A DNA stretch of 63,337 bases, the filler included, from Craspedostauros australis (Eukaryota): assembly GCA_030167865.1 (NCBI GenBank). It is 13 parts of 13 records of this genome, joined end to end, with 100 filler letters (N's around TTAATTAATTAA, not from the genome) between each part and the next. Parts side by side here need not be neighbours in the genome. Positions count along the whole stretch, not along the records: positions 24,848 to 39,661 come from JALAGF010000051.1; positions 39,762 to 41,289 come from JALAGF010000053.1; positions 41,390 to 52,561 come from JALAGF010000054.1; 10 more parts are not named here. One strand, 5' to 3'. Both the position numbers and the translations under genes were made by a program. Under the pieces are notes generated by a model. It saw only the letters and a list, made by a program, of their open reading frames with translations. It was not told the origin of the DNA and did no database searches. Numbering within the stretch: the stretch's first letter is position 1; the number at the start of each line of letters is the position of its first letter. Below, in pieces: positions 37,714 to 49,754 of this stretch.

Positions 37714-39761
37714 GCTGATGCTGATGTGTGATGTGTGATGTGTGGTGTTGTTGTGTTGTTCTGGCAGTGGTGATGAGATGATGCTCTTGCGATTGTTTGG
37801 GCTTTGATTTTATGAGAGGGCAGATGAAGTGGGGGGAAGTCGAAGCGCCATGGCTCGCGCGAGTATGGTATGGTATGGTATGGTGCGCAGCAGCCAGATG
37901 AAGCAAGGACGGCTCTGCGAGGATGACAGAATCGTGAGACATGTGATCACCACAACATGAGCACAGCTCGTGTGCTCAGTGTGGCAGCGGACGAGTGAGA
38001 TGTCCTCGTCCAACTCCGTGGATCGCGCGGCGAAGTCCGACATGATTCCTTGTCTCTTGTGGTACCGATCACAGCAGCGCTGCGCTCTGGGGCGCTGGTG
38101 GGACCTCTCTTTGCAGAATTGCGAAGCGGCGACATTTCCGAGATCTTGGATGCAGATTCCTTGCTGTTGCACTTCTTCCTCTGTTCTGGCGAACTGCAAA
38201 GAGACGCTTTGGGTCTTCACAGTGCTTTTTATGCTTCTGCAACGCGAACAACCATGACACACAACGCAGCGTCGTCAACGTGCTTTGGAATAGTACCTAG
38301 CGCGTCCATCAAGTACCACGGGGGAGCCTCGTCACCTACTTAATTAGTGCATGGGTCAAGTTTGTTGGCAAGGGCAAAGGGAGATGGCGCACAAGTAGGT
38401 ACTATACATCGTCGGCGAGGTTTCATCGTCGCAAATTGTCCTCTGCCATCGTCGTTGGGCTGGGTCTCTAAGATTAATCGTCGTCGGTGAAGATTCCTTG
38501 AGGGCAAAAAGCCTCAAGAACGGTTGGAGTAGGTACAACAAGAGTATCAATTGTGTCGGAGAGTGTCGCAAACACGAGAAAACCGCCCGTTGCTGTACGC
38601 AATGACAACCCACGAACAGTGCCTCGTGATTGCAGACTGTGACCGTGTCGGAACTGCGCATAACGCAGAAGTCAAGAGCAGCAACAAAGAGGGATCACCA
38701 GCGCAATACCACATGGGCTCATCGGCCGGAGAGTCGAGATGTGGTCTGTTCTGTTGAATCTCTCGCCTTTTTGCGCCTCTATCATCACCAAGGCACTCCA
38801 GTACCGATTATTTCTGATATCTTGGAGCATTGAAGATAGCACAGCGGATTCTCGCAGAGCACTCCATACTTCAAACAATATGACACGACTTTGAGTAGAA
38901 CATGTAACATTATAGAATATTATTCTATAGAATACAATAATATGGAGGCAGCAAAGGTATCCTGGATGCAGCGCATTGATCAAGCTACTCTGCAGATCAA
39001 AGAGAGGGCGCGATCTACATCCGCTTTTGCGCAGTAGAAGTCAAGATGCACCAAGGGAATGGATCTCCGATTTCTTAGCATCTACGTTGTGGGATGTGCC
39101 GGTCAGAGTATGCCAGAGCATGTCTCCAACGCCACCATGGAGCGGCACGCAAGCCATGAAATGGAGCCAAATGACTGAAGGGCGCCTCTCTGGATTGCTC
39201 GCGCCAGTGAGGTGGCGTGGAGGGAAAGAGGAGAACGCGGCAGTCTATGTTTATGACCCGCCTGAGTGAAAATAGTACACCTTTCTCGGGAACGTCGTTT
39301 CTGTGTTAAAAATAACTGCGTATATCTCTTGTCCTACATCAAATACATCATATGGCAAGAACTAGAATTGTTCCGTCCAATCATTTTAAAGTTATGGAGG
39401 GTTGAAAATCATGTCGAATCTACCTATTAGGTGAATAACGCACAGACGCAACAGTGCTCATTGGCGCTTCAATAGAGTCGCAGTGGTCATTCGTCCCAAA
39501 ACGTTCTTTTTTCTTCCATCGTTTGGGCTTTGTTCGCGATTCTTGAATTTCCGGAGAGTGACTCTACCTTGTGCTCACACAGAATCGTTGGTGTGGACAC
39601 AAAACTCTTGTTGTGTGGAGAGTGATGTGATGTATTGTGATGTAATGTGATGCAGGGCGATNNNNNNNNNNNNNNNNNNNNNNNNNNNNNNNNNNNNNNN
39701 NNNNNTTAATTAATTAANNNNNNNNNNNNNNNNNNNNNNNNNNNNNNNNNNNNNNNNNNNN

Positions 39762-41289
39762 TCCAAGGAATGATCGAAACCAACACGGCACCTCTGAAGG
39801 AGGCTCCAGCAACGCGAGCCTCTGATCAAAACGGATCAACACTTGAAGTCGACCCATCATCCATCCTCGACACAGCGACATGTATTCCAGAACACGCATG
39901 GGCAAACATCGAACAACACGCTTACGCTGTCTCCATCATCGAGCCGCAGCGAGACTCAACGAACTTCCCAACATACGTCGATGGACACATGATGAGCTAC
40001 TTTGCAACAGGAGGCGACCTAAACATCGCTGAGCGTTCATCCGTGTACAAGGCTTCCAACCGTGATCCTGATACCCTCTCCTTCGACGAAGCAATCCGCA
40101 ACGACAACAAGGACGAGTGGATGCAAGCAGCCGAAAAGGAAATCAAGGCTCTCACGGAAAAGGGAACGTGGGAAGAGATCCAAAAGGCCGACGTCGTCAA
40201 CGACCGAATCTTCCCGGGGACCTGGGTCTTCCGCCGCAAACGCTTGCCAGACGGCACAATCAAGAAATACAAGGGTCGCTGGTGTTGCCGCGGAGACCTC
40301 ATGAATGAGGATGCATCCACATACGCGCCAGTCGTGGCCTGGTCATCCGTTCGCATCTTCCTGAGCACATCCATCGTGGTGGGTTGGACAACTACATCGA
40401 TTGACTTCACCAACGCATTCGTACAGGCTTCCATCCACAAGCCCGTACACCTCCACCTCCCTCGCGGCTTCAAATCAAGCAAAGGACCCAACACCTGTCT
40501 CAGACTTCGCAAGAGCCTCTACGGATTAACGATCGCTCCGCGCCTGTGGTATGAGCACCTCATCCGGGCCCTGATCACAGTCGGCTTCAAAGCCTGTGAT
40601 CAAGAGCAATGCCTGTTCATCAAGCACAACATCATGATCGTTCTCTACGTTGACGATGCAGGAATCGCCTCGAAGACCAAGCAGGATGCCGATGAATTCA
40701 TCGCATCAATGCGTGAACTGGGGTTCGAGCTAACTCAGGAAGGCAGCTTCACTGAGTTTCTGGGAATTGAGCTTTGCCGCAATCCAAAGGCGGACACGGT
40801 TCACCTTCGACAATCGGGATTGATCAAAAAGATCCTAGAGACGACGAAAATGACCAACTGCAATCCATGCCCGGTTCCAACAACCCAGCTCGCACTCGGA
40901 CAGTGCAAAGATGAACCAGCCATGAACGAGAAATGGAACTACCGCTCCGTAGTTGGTATGCTGTTGTACCTCACAACGAATACTCGTCCAGACCTCGCCT
41001 TCGCAGTCTCTCAGGTCGCACGCTTTGGACAGGACCCTCGCCGCTCACACGCCAAGGCCGTCAAGCGCATCATGCGATATCTCAAACACACGGAGACCAT
41101 GGGCACCATCGTCCGCCCCACTGGGCAACTCGATCTCAAGTGCTACGTGGATGCTGACTTCGCAGGCCTCTACCAACGAGAAGACAGCAAAGACCCTGTA
41201 TCGGTCAAGTCACGCACAGGGTACCTTATCACACTTGGTGGATGTCCTCTCATTTGGAAATCAAAGCTTCAAACTGAGATCGCACTGTC
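39762..41289 (+). mobile_element. Ty1/Copia pol fragment: reverse transcriptase and start of RNase H
   Basis: WMQAAEKEI, TWVFRRKRLPDGTIKKYKGRW, TYAPVV, IDFTNAFVQA, LRKSLYGL, LYVDD, YRSVVGMLLYL..TRPDLAFAV, YVDADFAG, SRTGY and WKSKLQTEIAL. Uninterrupted frame. Confidence 0.95.
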
Positions 41290-41389
41290 NNNNNNNNNNN
41301 NNNNNNNNNNNNNNNNNNNNNNNNNNNNNNNNNTTAATTAATTAANNNNNNNNNNNNNNNNNNNNNNNNNNNNNNNNNNNNNNNNNNNN

Positions 41390-41503
41390 CCATCGAAGCG
41401 GAACTTTGCAGATATGCTCACGAAAGCACTGGCAAAGCCAGAACTCACATCATTTGTCACAACTCTGTTCTATCCAGGTCTACCTCGAGATCAAGGGGCG
41501 TGA
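41390..41503 (+). mobile_element. Ty1/Copia 3' end: RNase H C-terminus, polypurine tract and start of 3' LTR
   Basis: Translates SKRNFADMLTKALAKP...DQGA*, containing the ADxLTK motif. AAGGGGCG (41493-41500) precedes TG at 41501. Confidence 0.75.
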
Positions 41504-41823
41504 CAATTCTCACAGAATTCNTTACTTCTTACTTCTTTACTAATCCTATTAGTCAAATACTGGTCGGGGGCTGTCTTCGGACAGCACTCACAAATAAACA
41601 ACAAGAGCTCCGACCAGGGCACGCAACAACGGGCCAATACGTCTTTCGTAGTTACTTGCACTGTTTGACAAGCAGCATCAGCATCATCATCATCACCTCT
41701 CCTCTCACAAAATCAACAGGCTCCACTTCGAATTGGAAACTGACAGCAATAGCAACGGCATCAGCAATAGCAACGAATCCCACCATTCCATCAATCCACA
41801 GCACACTATACATTGCGATAACC

Positions 41824-44464
41824 ATGATGAGCAATATGATCAACATGATCAACGCCAATACAATCGCCACCATCATTTTCCTTCTCGCCTCCATGCCGGC
41901 GGCTGAAGCGCGCCTCAACAGAGACAAGACCACGGATGTTGTGGATGAAATGCACCTGACATTGCAAGCCACTCGCAACCTCAAGGCCGCTTTCGGCGCC
42001 AGCAACAAGGGTGCCAAAACAAACAAAAACGAATTCTTGGATCTCTCCAATCCGCCATCTTCAATGCCTTCAACCCCCGAGGAGGCTACAGGTCCGACCA
42101 TCATGCCCACATGGATCTCAAGCGCTCGTCCAACGGCCGATCCCACAAGCTCTCCGACCTCATCGCCGACCATGCCGCCAGCTCCATCAGCTCCTCCGAT
42201 GGACTTCGATTCCACCATCTCCGTTGCCTGCAAGCCCAATGGTGCCACCATCCTCACACCAGATGAAGCCAGGCCCAAGACCATCATCTGCAACTCTGCC
42301 AAGCCATCATGCCGTGAGGCTGTAGCTGCTGTCAAGGAATCTAACAAACTGCAGAACTTCTTCGCGTGTGCTGGAGACCTCGGCGAAGGAGCCGCACGCA
42401 AGCTCTTCAACAAGTACGCAACGGACGATGTGCTCGCTGAGCAACTCACGATGATCGCTGCCACCAACGCGATCCTCGTCACTGGACGCCCGGATGCCAT
42501 GAAGGTAGCATGCGCCGCTACCGCAGCGATGCAATCGCCTGCCGTCGCAGACCCATGCTGCCAGGGATCTTCGGGATGCACTTCTGCCACCGCCTCCGCT
42601 TCCAGCTCTCCACCATTCATGACCATCGCCATCACTGGTTGCACTGGCGACAGTGCATGCAAGAACATCGGACCCAATCCCCTCATCCTCGATTCCTCAT
42701 GCACTGGCATGAGTGCATGCGAATCCATGAATGAAAATGATCTCAATCCATCCGTTGTTGGAGTCACGTTCGTAGGTGAAGCCTCATGCACCAACCCAGG
42801 ATCATGCGAGGGAGTAGGGCATCGCTCCTACGGGAATGTCATCGTCCTGGACGCCTCTTGCGTTGGCCCAGACGCATGCAACGCAGGTGGACGCCGCAGT
42901 CAGCAGAAGACCTCCAACCGTTCCCCAAACGACATCAACATTGGACCGAATGCATGCCTTGACATCGATGCCTGCAAGGATACCCATTCTACAGTCAATC
43001 ATGGCACTGCTGGCAAGACTTCAGGTAGTCTGACCATTGGCGATGGCAGTTGCACACAAGAACGCTCCTGTGAAAAGATGGGCTTCAACGACAGGATGGG
43101 AATGGATATCATCGTCGCTCCTGGTGAGTGCAGTGTCGCCGGCACTTGCAGGGGATGTATCACCGCAGAAGACGGCGACAACGGTGGGGCGTATCTCATC
43201 AGCAACACCGATGGAGCTTGCCCCAAGGAAGCCATCAGCTCTGGTGGCAATCCGACTGGAAAGAAGGTGGAGGAGTACTGCATTGGGAGAGACAGCTTGC
43301 CCACAGAGACCCCGACCTTCTCTCCAACTCCTCTTCCGACCATCACAAGAAGACCGACCTCCACTCCGACGTCAGCTCCTATGCCAGCTCCGATGTCAGC
43401 TCCGACAACAGCTCCAACCTCAGCTCCAACTCCCACCCCGGCATCCTTCACCGTTGGATGTCTCGCCATACCGGGAGATGACTCATCGACGTTCAATGAG
43501 GTCACTGGTGACGTCTTTTGTGATGGTGCATCAGACACATGCGCGAACTTTGTCTCTATGGTCGACGCCTCCGGTGACAAGGGCAAGATGATCAAGAGCA
43601 TCTTTGGATGCAGTCATGAAGGAACGCCCAATGTAGTGACACAACAGGTGGCGCAGAAACGCTTTGACACCATGAAGAACGATGCGGACGTGACCCAGAC
43701 ATTGTTGGACGTGGTGGACACCATGGACCTCTACACCGGGACGAGATCTGCGCTTGAAACAGCTTGCGCTGGCTTGTGCTGCGTTGGTTCTTTCACTTGC
43801 AGCACCTCCCCTTCAGCTGGCGTCATGACGGTGACTGACAACTCCTGCACTTCCCCAAAAAGTTGCAACCGTGTGTACCCTGACACCATCATCCTTGACA
43901 GTTGCAAGACACAAGAAAGTGTTTGCAAGACGTTTGGTGCGTTTTGGCCAGCACAACCCAACGCTAATGTCGACGTTGGATACAGGGTGATTGGACCAAA
44001 TGCTTGCTTTGGATGATACGTTCGCCTGCGCAGACGTTGGACAGAATTCTTTTGGCAATGTACGAGTCGGAGAAGGAGCATGCACTGGAAGTGGGGGCGC
44101 ATGCACCGGTGCTGGTTCCAAAGCCAACCAAGGCACTACGACGACACCGGACGTGGCAAATATCTTCATTGGAAACGCCGCGTGTACAGGGCACTCCAAT
44201 GTTGATTCTTCAAAAACCAAAGGAGATACAACTGTCGAAGCTGGTGCCTGTTCAGGAATAAGGGCGTGCGCTGGTGTTGGCGCTGACGTCGATGCAACGA
44301 ATGGCATCATCATCAGAACAGGAACCTGCACAGGAACCAACGCTTGTGCTTCATGTGGCCAGCGACAGCTGTGTGCCTCAGCTGAGGAGACGTTCGTCAT
44401 CGACAACGCAGCCACTGATTGCCGTCCATCAGGCCGCTCCGCCTGTGAAGACCTCTCAGAATAG
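41824..44464 (+). CDS. Secreted Cys-rich protein (paralog A): two Cys modules separated by Pro/Thr/Ser linkers; frameshift at ~44014
   Basis: Signal peptide ending AEA, RNL site, PTS-rich linkers and CxGxxAC repeats. Colinear with 50284-52561, and similarity continues in another frame after 44014. Confidence 0.8.
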
Positions 44465-44595
44465 ACGTAAATCTGAAGTAACACACAGCCATTCAGGCTC
44501 CTGTTTATAATGCATGCGTACAGTGGATTGTATCATCTGATATTATACAGTACTCGTGTTATGGAATCCAACATCCACACTCTCCGACTAGCACT

Positions 44596-46086
44596 CTAGA
44601 TGGTGTCACCCATGAGCGCCTCTTGCAACGTCCAGTGACCGCCTTCACCACCGTTCTCTTCTTGACGCTTCTTGTAGACGTAAAATGCAGCACCGCCGAC
44701 CGCCGACACAAAGAAAAAGAGGAAGATGAGCCATCCATGATGCTTGCGCTTACGACGAGGATGTTGCCTGCGCTTTGCCATGCTTTGTGCGCACTGCAAC
44801 GGCGACGACGTGTGTGAACATGCCACGCACACATGCGGCACAAAGTCCGCATCGAACTGCGAGCACAGGGTCGTGAAGAGGTGTTCGGCCGTGGGTTGGG
44901 CAAGGTGCCTGCCTTCGACGACGATGGCCGGTGTCACGATGCGGTGGTGAATCTGCATCAGGGCGGCATCGAGAACGGCATTGACACCATCTTTGTCGAC
45001 GCCGCCCGTATCGTCCGTGACGCAGACGTGGATGTCGTCCTTGTTGTGGATGGCGCGCATCGCTTTTTGGATGCAATGCGGATCCGAGAAGGTTTCTGGG
45101 GATGCGCCGCAATGCTCGTCGAAGTTGACGATGTAATCGAGCCACAGATCGTCGCCATGCACGTGCTTGCTGGTGGCCGTGTTGCGGATGCAGGCACGTC
45201 GCACGATCTCCGTGAGCAGGTCCTTGCCGGCGATGCCGCGGTCGCTAGGATGGCAGTACCGACCATGGTTCGTGCACATGTCGGCGCATCGTGTCGCGTT
45301 GCCTTGATGCATGCAACCCAGGGCGTGTCCGTCGTAGACCTTGTAGTGGTGATGCAGCACGATGGAAGATTCAAACGCCGCGGCCACGTTTTGGAACTCC
45401 TGCAAGATGGAGAAGGTGTATCGATCGGTGGGACCGTCCGAGATGATGTAGTAGTCCACAAGGGCCTGCTTGGCCTCGTGCCATGCGTAGATCGCGAGGG
45501 CCGGCGAATTGGCGCTGCGCAGCTCCTGGATGATGGCATCGGCTTGATCCTGCGGCAGAAGGATGCTCGGAATGGTGATGTCCGTGATGGGAACATCGCT
45601 GCGCATCGGCGGCGGGACCTCCTCGCAGTTGGGCTTGTCCTGCGGACTGCACGCCTCGCCCCCGCAGATGCAGTTGTTGTTGGCGATGACGAGTCCCGCC
45701 GCTCCGAGTCTTTGCGCATGGCGCGTCTTGGTGGACATGGTGCAGTTGCCGCGCTTGGTCATGAGGAGGAAGGGCGATCCCAGATCAGACGGCGTGCCTT
45801 CGGGCGGCGTGGGCCAGATGTTGTCGGGCGTCCACGGGGAGATTTCGCAGAGGGAGTCGTCGATGAAGTAGATGGGCAGCGTCATGCTGCCCTCATTGGG
45901 ACGCAAGATCTTCCACACTCCGTAATGGCCTTCGATGTGGTCGTAGCCTCCCGTCTCGTCATGGAGGCTTTGGGGGATCTCGATTTGGAACAGCGAGCCT
46001 TGGCCGGTTGGGAAGCTGGCGGCGGATGCGCGTGAGGCCATGGCCAAGCCCGTCGTCAGCATGCAGAGTGCGGTTGCGTACTTCAT
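44596..46086 (-). CDS. Vacuolar sorting receptor-like type I membrane protein (PA domain)
   Basis: Signal peptide, PA domain (KRGNCTMSTKTRHAQRLGAAGLVIAN...ITIPSILL), CTNHGRYC and GKDLLTEIVRRACI VSR-type motifs, one TM helix and a short tail. Confidence 0.82.
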   Translation of the reverse strand: MKYATALCMLTTGLAMASRASAASFPTGQGSLFQIEIPQSLHDETGGYDHIEGHYGVWKILRPNEGSMTLPIYFIDDSLCEISPWTPDNIWPTPPEGTPSDLGSPFLLMTKRGNCTMSTKTRHAQRLGAAGLVIANNNCICGGEACSPQDKPNCEEVPPPMRSDVPITDITIPSILLPQDQADAIIQELRSANSPALAIYAWHEAKQALVDYYIISDGPTDRYTFSILQEFQNVAAAFESSIVLHHHYKVYDGHALGCMHQGNATRCADMCTNHGRYCHPSDRGIAGKDLLTEIVRRACIRNTATSKHVHGDDLWLDYIVNFDEHCGASPETFSDPHCIQKAMRAIHNKDDIHVCVTDDTGGVDKDGVNAVLDAALMQIHHRIVTPAIVVEGRHLAQPTAEHLFTTLCSQFDADFVPHVCVACSHTSSPLQCAQSMAKRRQHPRRKRKHHGWLIFLFFFVSAVGGAAFYVYKKRQEENGGEGGHWTLQEALMGDTI

Positions 46087-47147
46087 CGTCGTCAATGTAT
46101 CGGGTGTTGCTGCTAATGCTGATCAGGTACTATGATTATGATTGTCTGGCTCGTCTCGTCTCGTCTCGTCTCGTGATGTGAGTGTTGCGGTATTATGACC
46201 ATGACGCTCCTTCGACGAGGTTCCTTCAAGATTTTGGCAAAAGATAAAAAACGCTGCTGTCTGCTGTTGTGTGTGCTGTCGTGGATGTGCGTTGGGCGAT
46301 GTCGAGGGTTCGCATTATTAACGGTTCGCATTTTCGGCAAACAACCAACCGGCTGGCAGGGGCTGAAGTTGACGGCAACACCAACATCATCCGCAGAGTC
46401 GCACCATGCCAATGAAGACAAGGGAGACTGTGCACTAACATCTCCATTTGCACAACACCATCGTCGGCATGGAAATCATTGGCAGATCCTTCGTTGTGCG
46501 GCATTATCTCTGCCATGACTGCTGAGCGGTAACAGCGCAATGTTGGAGACGACGATGCCAATACCATAGCCACGCTGTGAGGGAGGAAGGAAGGAATCGG
46601 GCATAGTTCGGCGCCTGCGTTGTTGAACGATGCATGAATCCAGGATGCTGGCTCCCACAACAGCAATGGTGCCCACAACGGTGCGAGGCAGAAGCAGGAC
46701 ATGATGGGAGAGCGCAACACGCACAGCAACCGAAAAACAGTCCAGATAATCGTGTCAAGGTCGACGCCTGCAAGGTGCACGTACTCCACAAGGTCGATCA
46801 TCCCATCACAGTGCATATGCTGCATCGCAAGTCCTGCAACGATCCTCATCCTCCACGCTGCGGTGGCCAGATCATGGCATTAACTCCTTCTTCGCCATAA
46901 ATTCGTGATGCTGCACATGCAGAGTTGAGACAGCGATGGTGCGTGGCACGTCGGGCATACGTAACTCAGGTGCGAGTTGGTGCTTATGTACGAGTATGGA
47001 AGGCAAGGGGTGTCCAGTGTGAACTGCTAATACGATCTGCAGGATCGTCTGTTACTCTACATACTACATTACCGCAAACTGCGTCATGTGATATGATAGC
47101 GGATACCACGCTAACTTGCTTCCAATTGACATGAATTGACAAGTCCA

Positions 47148-48263
47148 TTACGATATCGTTACCACCGCGTCTGCCGTCGCATTGATCATCGCCGTCGTAG
47201 TGTTCGTGCTGTTGGATCGATGATTACGCCGCGGCGCCATGCCGAACGTCTTCCAATTGATGTGCCACATCTTGGTGTAGGCGATCATGAACTGCTCGCC
47301 GGCCTCGATATCGCGCGTCGCGAACAACGCCGTATCGTTGGCTTCGCCCGACTCATTGTACGGCAGATCGGCGACGTTGACGAAGCGGATGCCGGCCGCC
47401 TGATTCAGCAACGACGACGCGTCGAGTTCGGCATGCACAATGAGCGTCTTGGGATCGCGGTACGTGGCGTAAGTCCACACGTCGAACATGTAACACACGA
47501 ATTGCGGCGGCAGATTGAGCAGGAAGACGCGGAAATCTTCGGGCGTTTCGAACAGGGCGACGTAATCGTAGGTCCAGATCAACGTGCCTTTGGCGATGAA
47601 TTCTTTCGCGAAGAGCCCGCGATTCATGGTGGGATGGATGTCGATGTAGTACGGCACCTTGGCGCCTTCGCCTTCGATGTCGTCGGGCAGCGATGATCGA
47701 TTCTGGCCCACGGCGAATTCGTAGGCCTTGCGCATCGTGATCCAGTCGTCGCGCGTCGGGATGGCCCGATTTTGGAAGCCGGGATCGTCCTCGCAGTCGA
47801 AGACGGCCATGAGCTCCTGGATCGTGCCGTGATGCCGATCGATCGTGATGTTGACCCAGTCGCCGTTCTCGTCTTCCGATTCGGCCTGCTTGGATTTGTT
47901 GTGACTCAGATCATCCGCAGCGGCGCTGTCGGGTGGCGGCAACGCCATGCCGCGCAGTTTGTTGTTGTCGGCGTTGTCGGCATTGTGGCTATCGTGCAGG
48001 GATGGTCGAGGATGCGCGACGGACGGCTGTTTGAACAGCGACTGCGACTCGTTGAGCTGGTGCTGGTTCTGGAACGTGATGACGACGATGATGAGCATGG
48101 CCGCGACGGGGATGATCGCTCTGGGGATGCCGCATATCGTTGCCGACGCCTTGCGTGCCTGCGATCTGCTGGGATGGCGTTGCTGCTGTCCATGCCGCTG
48201 CTGTCCATACTGCTTCTGTCGGAGTGGCGACTTCTGCGCCGAGTGGCGGTTGTGGACTGCCAT
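47148..48263 (-). CDS. Membrane-anchored (type II) SET-domain protein, paralog 1
   Basis: Basic N-tail, TM segment IIPVAAMLIIVVITF, stem, then SET motifs RGLFAKEFIAKGTLIW, SSLLNQA and FATRDIEAGEQFMIAY. Confidence 0.82.
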   Translation of the reverse strand: MAVHNRHSAQKSPLRQKQYGQQRHGQQQRHPSRSQARKASATICGIPRAIIPVAAMLIIVVITFQNQHQLNESQSLFKQPSVAHPRPSLHDSHNADNADNNKLRGMALPPPDSAAADDLSHNKSKQAESEDENGDWVNITIDRHHGTIQELMAVFDCEDDPGFQNRAIPTRDDWITMRKAYEFAVGQNRSSLPDDIEGEGAKVPYYIDIHPTMNRGLFAKEFIAKGTLIWTYDYVALFETPEDFRVFLLNLPPQFVCYMFDVWTYATYRDPKTLIVHAELDASSLLNQAAGIRFVNVADLPYNESGEANDTALFATRDIEAGEQFMIAYTKMWHINWKTFGMAPRRNHRSNSTNTTTAMINATADAVVTIS

Positions 48264-48800
48264 TCTCTTGTCTCTCGCGTTGCGCTGAATGGTGCTGAGT
48301 TCAGCTGAGTCTAGCTGAGTTCAGTTGTGCCTATCGTATTGTGTTAGTATTGGTATTGGTATTGGTATTGTGCTGTGTCTCTCTCCAGTGGAACTCACTC
48401 TCTTGGACTTGGTTTTGAATGGTCACTGTTGCGCTGAGCTGTGCTGTGTTGTGTCATGTTGGGGTCATCTCCGATTTGCTCAAGTGGCACACGGCCTTTC
48501 TTGTGACTTTGTCGCATTGAGACGTGTTTGGCGCTCGTGCCAAATTCACCGTTTTGGCACGATTTTGTCCATCTTTCAGCAAAATTCGGAAATTCAATCC
48601 CTCCAAATTTTGTTCACTTGGGAAATGTCCGTCACGACGAGAGCGACGAGAAACCCATGGCCGCTCCTCCATCTTCTCTCGCCATGGTGAGACCTCACCC
48701 CACTCCGCTGACATCACCAATCTACCATACGATCTATGCGAAACGCCACCATGCCATCACACACAGTGCGCCTCTATACTTACAGTACTCTATCTCTAGC

Positions 48801-49754
48801 CTACAACCCCAACAACGCCCAACCTTGATCGAAATCGAAATCATTGTAATTCATCAGAATTTGCTCGCCGGCGTCGATCGCGCGCATCGAATAGACGCCG
48901 CGACCGCCCTCCACATTGCGTTCCACCGTATTGACCTCGCTGCGCCGACTGCCTTCATTCAGCAACGATCCGGCATCGAGATCGCTGCAGACGATGGCGC
49001 CACTGCCACTGCCATCATGAATGGCATACGACCAAATCATCAGATCGCATGCGATATCGGGTGGCACCTGCATCAAGAATTTACGGAACTGCCAACCTTG
49101 CGTGAAGTGGGCCGTGTAGTCTTCCGTCCAGATCAACGTGTTGTTGGGAATTGAACGCGTGGCGTAGATACCGCGGCCCATGCGCGGATGGTAGTCGACG
49201 TAGTACGGCACGTGGAAGCCGGTGCCCGTGAGGTTCGCGGGGATTGTGGAGTTCGTCGTGCCGACGATGTCGACGTAGGTTTGCCGCAGCTGCATCCATG
49301 TGGCGTCGCTCGTGACGGGGCGCTTTGGAGCCGTTTTGCCGAGGTATTGGTCGCATTCGAGGGCTTGCAGGAATAAAGCTATCGTGCCGTTGTGGATCGT
49401 CAACGTCACGTATTCATATCCCTCGTCTTCATTCTTGTTGTTGTTGTTGGCAGCGGCAGCATCGGGCACGTTCTGATTTTGATTCTGCTTTGCATTCGCC
49501 GTCCTTTGCGCTGGCTTTCCTTTGCTCTCCACATCACGCAGCTTGGCTGCACCAATGTCCACATCCACCATAAGCAGGGACCCTTCAAAGATGCCCATGA
49601 AATGCGCCGCCACAAAGATGAAGCTCGCCATCAGTACCAGCATCACGAGTCGCACATACTGCGCCATTGCGCCGCGTGCCGACCGCCGTCGTGGTCGTGG
49701 CATGCGTTTCTGCGTGTGTCTTGACTTCGATTTCATGGCGTTGCGTCGGAACAT
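48801..49754 (-). CDS. Membrane-anchored (type II) SET-domain protein, paralog 2
   Basis: Arg-rich N-tail, TM segment LVMLVLMASFIFVAAHFMGIF, then RGIYATRSIPNNTLIW, GSLLNEG and YSMRAIDAGEQILMNY. Colinear with paralog 1. Confidence 0.82.
   Translation of the reverse strand: MFRRNAMKSKSRHTQKRMPRPRRRSARGAMAQYVRLVMLVLMASFIFVAAHFMGIFEGSLLMVDVDIGAAKLRDVESKGKPAQRTANAKQNQNQNVPDAAAANNNNKNEDEGYEYVTLTIHNGTIALFLQALECDQYLGKTAPKRPVTSDATWMQLRQTYVDIVGTTNSTIPANLTGTGFHVPYYVDYHPRMGRGIYATRSIPNNTLIWTEDYTAHFTQGWQFRKFLMQVPPDIACDLMIWSYAIHDGSGSGAIVCSDLDAGSLLNEGSRRSEVNTVERNVEGGRGVYSMRAIDAGEQILMNYNDFDFDQGWALLGL

Noticed and set aside
39270..39570. AT-rich segment with weakly inverted ends (possible MITE)
   Set aside because: The terminal similarity is too poor and there is no clear TSD.
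39762..41503. Copia RT contig and the following RNase H tail as one continuous element
   Set aside because: They are separated by an artificial linker, so order and identity cannot be assumed.
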